Below the pieces are notes generated by a model that saw only the letters and a list, made by a program, of their open reading frames with translations, had not been told where the DNA came from and searched no databases. Made by a program: the position numbers and the translations under genes. Below are positions 61,036 through 64,000 of a stretch of 64,000 nt of DNA, one piece after another (the stretch's first letter is position 1; each line of letters starts with the position of its first letter). The DNA lies in contig NC_083414.1 in NCBI RefSeq assembly GCF_020745735.1, forward strand, positions 54,194,013-54,258,012, given 5' to 3'. Origin of the DNA: Hemiscyllium ocellatum. Its lineage: Eukaryota.

Positions 61036-61794
61036 ATTAGACTTTGATTGTGTTAGTAACAGCTTGCATTGAAATAGCATTTTAAAGTTTTATAATGTTC
61101 TGAGAACCTTTAACTGCAGTGTTCCTGAACCACACAATGACATTTAAGATGGAATGACTAAAACATTTTTTAAAAGAATTAAGTTCAAAGGAGTGCTTTC
61201 AAGAAAATCGAGGTAGAAAGATTGAAACGTTCCAACAGAATGTCAGAATTTAGATCCTCAGCAGTTGAAAATCTAACATTCAACGGTGTAGCAATTAATT
61301 TTGTGTAAGACAATACAATTAGAGGAGTGCAGGATTTTGGAGGTGTTGGTCTGGGGTAAGTTACAAAAATAGTGAATGGTAAGGCCCTGAAGGATTTGAA
61401 ACAAAGTTGTCAACTTTAAACTTGAAGGATTGCGAGACTTTGAACCAAATTGGCTGGCAAACATGAGGATGGGAGCACAGGATGGTGATGGGGAAGAGGT
61501 GAATAGCACTAAGCACAAGTCAGGGTCACTGTTTCACTTTTCAGGATATGTGCACATCAGCCTGCAGAGGAAATGTGACAGTATGATATGCAGGCCACTT
61601 ATAAACTTGTCTCCTCCATATCTTATACATGCATGGGAGTACAGTAGCCTGAAAAGCATGTTACTGGCACCACAGACGGAAGCAAAAAAGGCAACATAGC
61701 AGAAAAAAACTGCTCGATATCCAAACTGCCAGCAGAATTTCACATGAAGTTCTTGTTATTACCATTAATCACCACATTTGTTTGCTCTCCTCTC

Positions 61795-62824
61795 TTTCAG
61801 ACTAATCGCAAAACTTTGAGACCTAGGTTTCGGCTCTTCCTCCTGTAACTGGATCCACAGTTTCCTGGCCCGCAATCAGTGAATATGGACAACACGACCT
61901 CCTCCACAACAATCCTCAACACTGGCCGCTGGAAGGATGTGCTCCCTGTACACCCATAACTGTCATAGCCAAATTCCAAACAAATACGATTGCAAGTTTG
62001 CTAGTGACTCCACCGTGGTAGGATGGATATCAAACAATGATAACTGAGAATACATGAAGGAGATAGAGGGCTTGGTGACGTGGTGCAATGATAACAATCT
62101 CTCTCTCAATGTTGGAAAACAAAAGAACTGATCATTGACTGCAGGAAGAAAGGATAGAAACTCTATCTACATCAATGGAGCTGAAGTGGAGAGCATCAAG
62201 TTCCTAAGAGTGACGATAACTGACAATCTGTCCTGGACCTCCCAAGTAGCTGGGACAGTCAAGGAGACACAACAACACCTCTTCTTCCTCAGGTGGTTTA
62301 GGAAATTCGGCATGGCCAAAGAACTTTCACCAACTTCTGCAGATGCACCATAGAATGCTTTCCATCTGGTTGCATAATGGCCTGCTACAGCAACTGCTCT
62401 GCCCAGGACTGTAAGAAACTACAGAAAATTGTGCACACAGCACAGAGCATCCCGGAAGCCAACCTCCCATCCACAGATTCCATTTACACATCTTGTTGCT
62501 GTGGAAAGGCTGTCAACATCATCAAAGACTCCATGTATCCCGGTAATGCTCTCTTCCAAACTCTTCTGTCGGGCAGAAAGTATAGAAGTTTCAACACACG
62601 CACCAACAGATTCAAAAACAGCATCTTTCCTGCAATTATTAGACTGCTTAATCTTTTTAACTTCAAATAATGGTGATCCTGCTTTGTACAGCCATCGCCT
62701 TGTTTGCTTCCCTCTGTCTTAGCATGCTACGATCTGTATATCCTTTTTTGTTATGATCTGCCTGCACTGCTTGCAAAACAAAGTTTTTCACTGTACTGAG
62801 GTGCGTGACTACAATAAATCAATC
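61795..62824 (+). mobile_element. Rex1/Babar LINE 3' fragment
   Basis: KFLRVTITDNLSW..VKETQQHLFFLRWFRKFG, CSAQDCKKLQKIVHTAQSI, RTNRFKNSIFPAIIRLLN, and a caataaatcaatc tail. Confidence 0.85.
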
Positions 62825-63039
62825 ACAGTCCACTTTGGAATGTTCAGTCTACGGGCTCACATTATTTTTAGTGGTTAACTATTGGTCAGAACTGATCTCA
62901 GAATTATGTCATCATTCTACTCCTCCATCTGTACATTGCTTTATTCTTGTGCCTTATTAGAGTGCCTTAAGAAGTCTTTATTTAATTCACTGCATCAACT
63001 TGCTAATTTTAAATAGAATTTTCTCGAGACATATCTCAT

Positions 63040-63142
63040 CACTCCTGAGGAAGGGTCACTCAATCTGATAGGATGGCAACTCTGATTTCACGAAACCTGC
63101 TGAGCTTTTCCAGCAATTTCTATTTTTGTTTTTGATTTACAG
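63040..63142 (+). mobile_element. Decayed PLE 3' fragment
   Basis: ctcctgaggaagggtcact...acctgctgagcttttccagcaatttctatttttgtttttgatt. Confidence 0.55.
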
Positions 63143-64000
63143 TTCTTACGATGCTCACCATTCCCAGTCTTGCTTATCTGATCTAGCTCCTTGGCAGATA
63201 TCAAAGAGAAATAATTAGTTAATGGTCCAGAACTTAAGATCTCCAGATCATCAAAGAGCAGGCATTCTTCCAAAGTTAAGTGCTGAGACCATGCTGAAGT
63301 CCCACAATCGTGGCCTCGATGGGAACTGCCCGAGAAGGTTAAACCTCTGATTGGCAATTCCCCTATTTTCAGCATTCACTTAAAAAATAAATCTCAAATC
63401 TGCGTTGCAGTTGGAAATGTTGGACAGATTTGATGTACAATCCTGGATAGTTGGTCAGGAAATGACACACAAAAAAAAATCCTATTTTAACTGCTGTGTA
63501 ATTCTGTAACCACCCCAGTCACTCACACTCGCACTCCCACTACACACTGACTCTCCATTTGACACTCTGACTCATGTCCCACCTCTTTGCCCACCTCATC
63601 CCCCAATTTAACTACCACATCTGATCCTATGTTGTGAACCCAGCTAGCAGCTCCCATAACCTGACTATGTCCTGACCCAACCAAACAATTTCTCCCTACC
63701 TGACCTGACTACCCTCTAACTCATCTTTCTACTTGTCCACCTACCATTCTCACCCTCTTGCCATCCTACCCTATTTATCTGACTCAATATCAGCCCATCC
63801 ACTGATTTCCCCACCTACCCATCCTATTATCTTTTCCACCATTCATCTACTCACCCATTCACTAACACTTCAATTTTTGCCCATTTAGTAACATTCAGAC
63901 TGGACATTTTAACATACTTTGAGCAGCTTTAAGCACCTGTAAGCAGGTGTGCATGGCTTGTCTCCCCTCTTCCCTTCCCCAAACATTACTTCTGTCCAAT

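Noticed and set aside
63500-63860. C-rich low-complexity tract as a telomeric or structured repeat
   Set aside because: Irregular ccta/ccca/ctga units with no stable period.

Overview
This is eukaryotic, AT-rich, repeat-dense DNA with no convincing host exon, most likely intronic or intergenic sequence from a cartilaginous fish. That assignment is inferred from the HE1/V-SINE, Deu-domain SINE, CR1 and Penelope repertoire. The window is a layered retroelement graveyard. (1) A young CR1 LINE (22161-25875, -) has an uninterrupted 967-codon APE+RT ORF2 and a 5'-truncated SGNH-esterase ORF1, joined at a U_UUA_AAC slippery heptamer. (2) There are many older, nested CR1, RTE, Rex1/Babar and other CR1-group LINE fragments. 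(3) Two Penelope-like element (PLE) families, Neptune-type and Poseidon-type, occur mostly as head-to-head hairpin insertions with target-site duplications (TSDs), each family carrying its own minimal hammerhead ribozyme (HHR). (4) Most unusually, a ~780-bp R2 retrotransposon N-terminal fragment (CCHC + CCHH zinc fingers + Myb) lies outside rDNA, welded between a beheaded HE1 SINE and the truncated arm of a Neptune PLE hairpin. Also seen are a ~540-bp inverted-repeat element, a 500-bp locally templated insertion, and several TE-free, homeobox-motif-rich blocks that may be conserved non-coding elements. All family assignments are by eye; no database searches were run.
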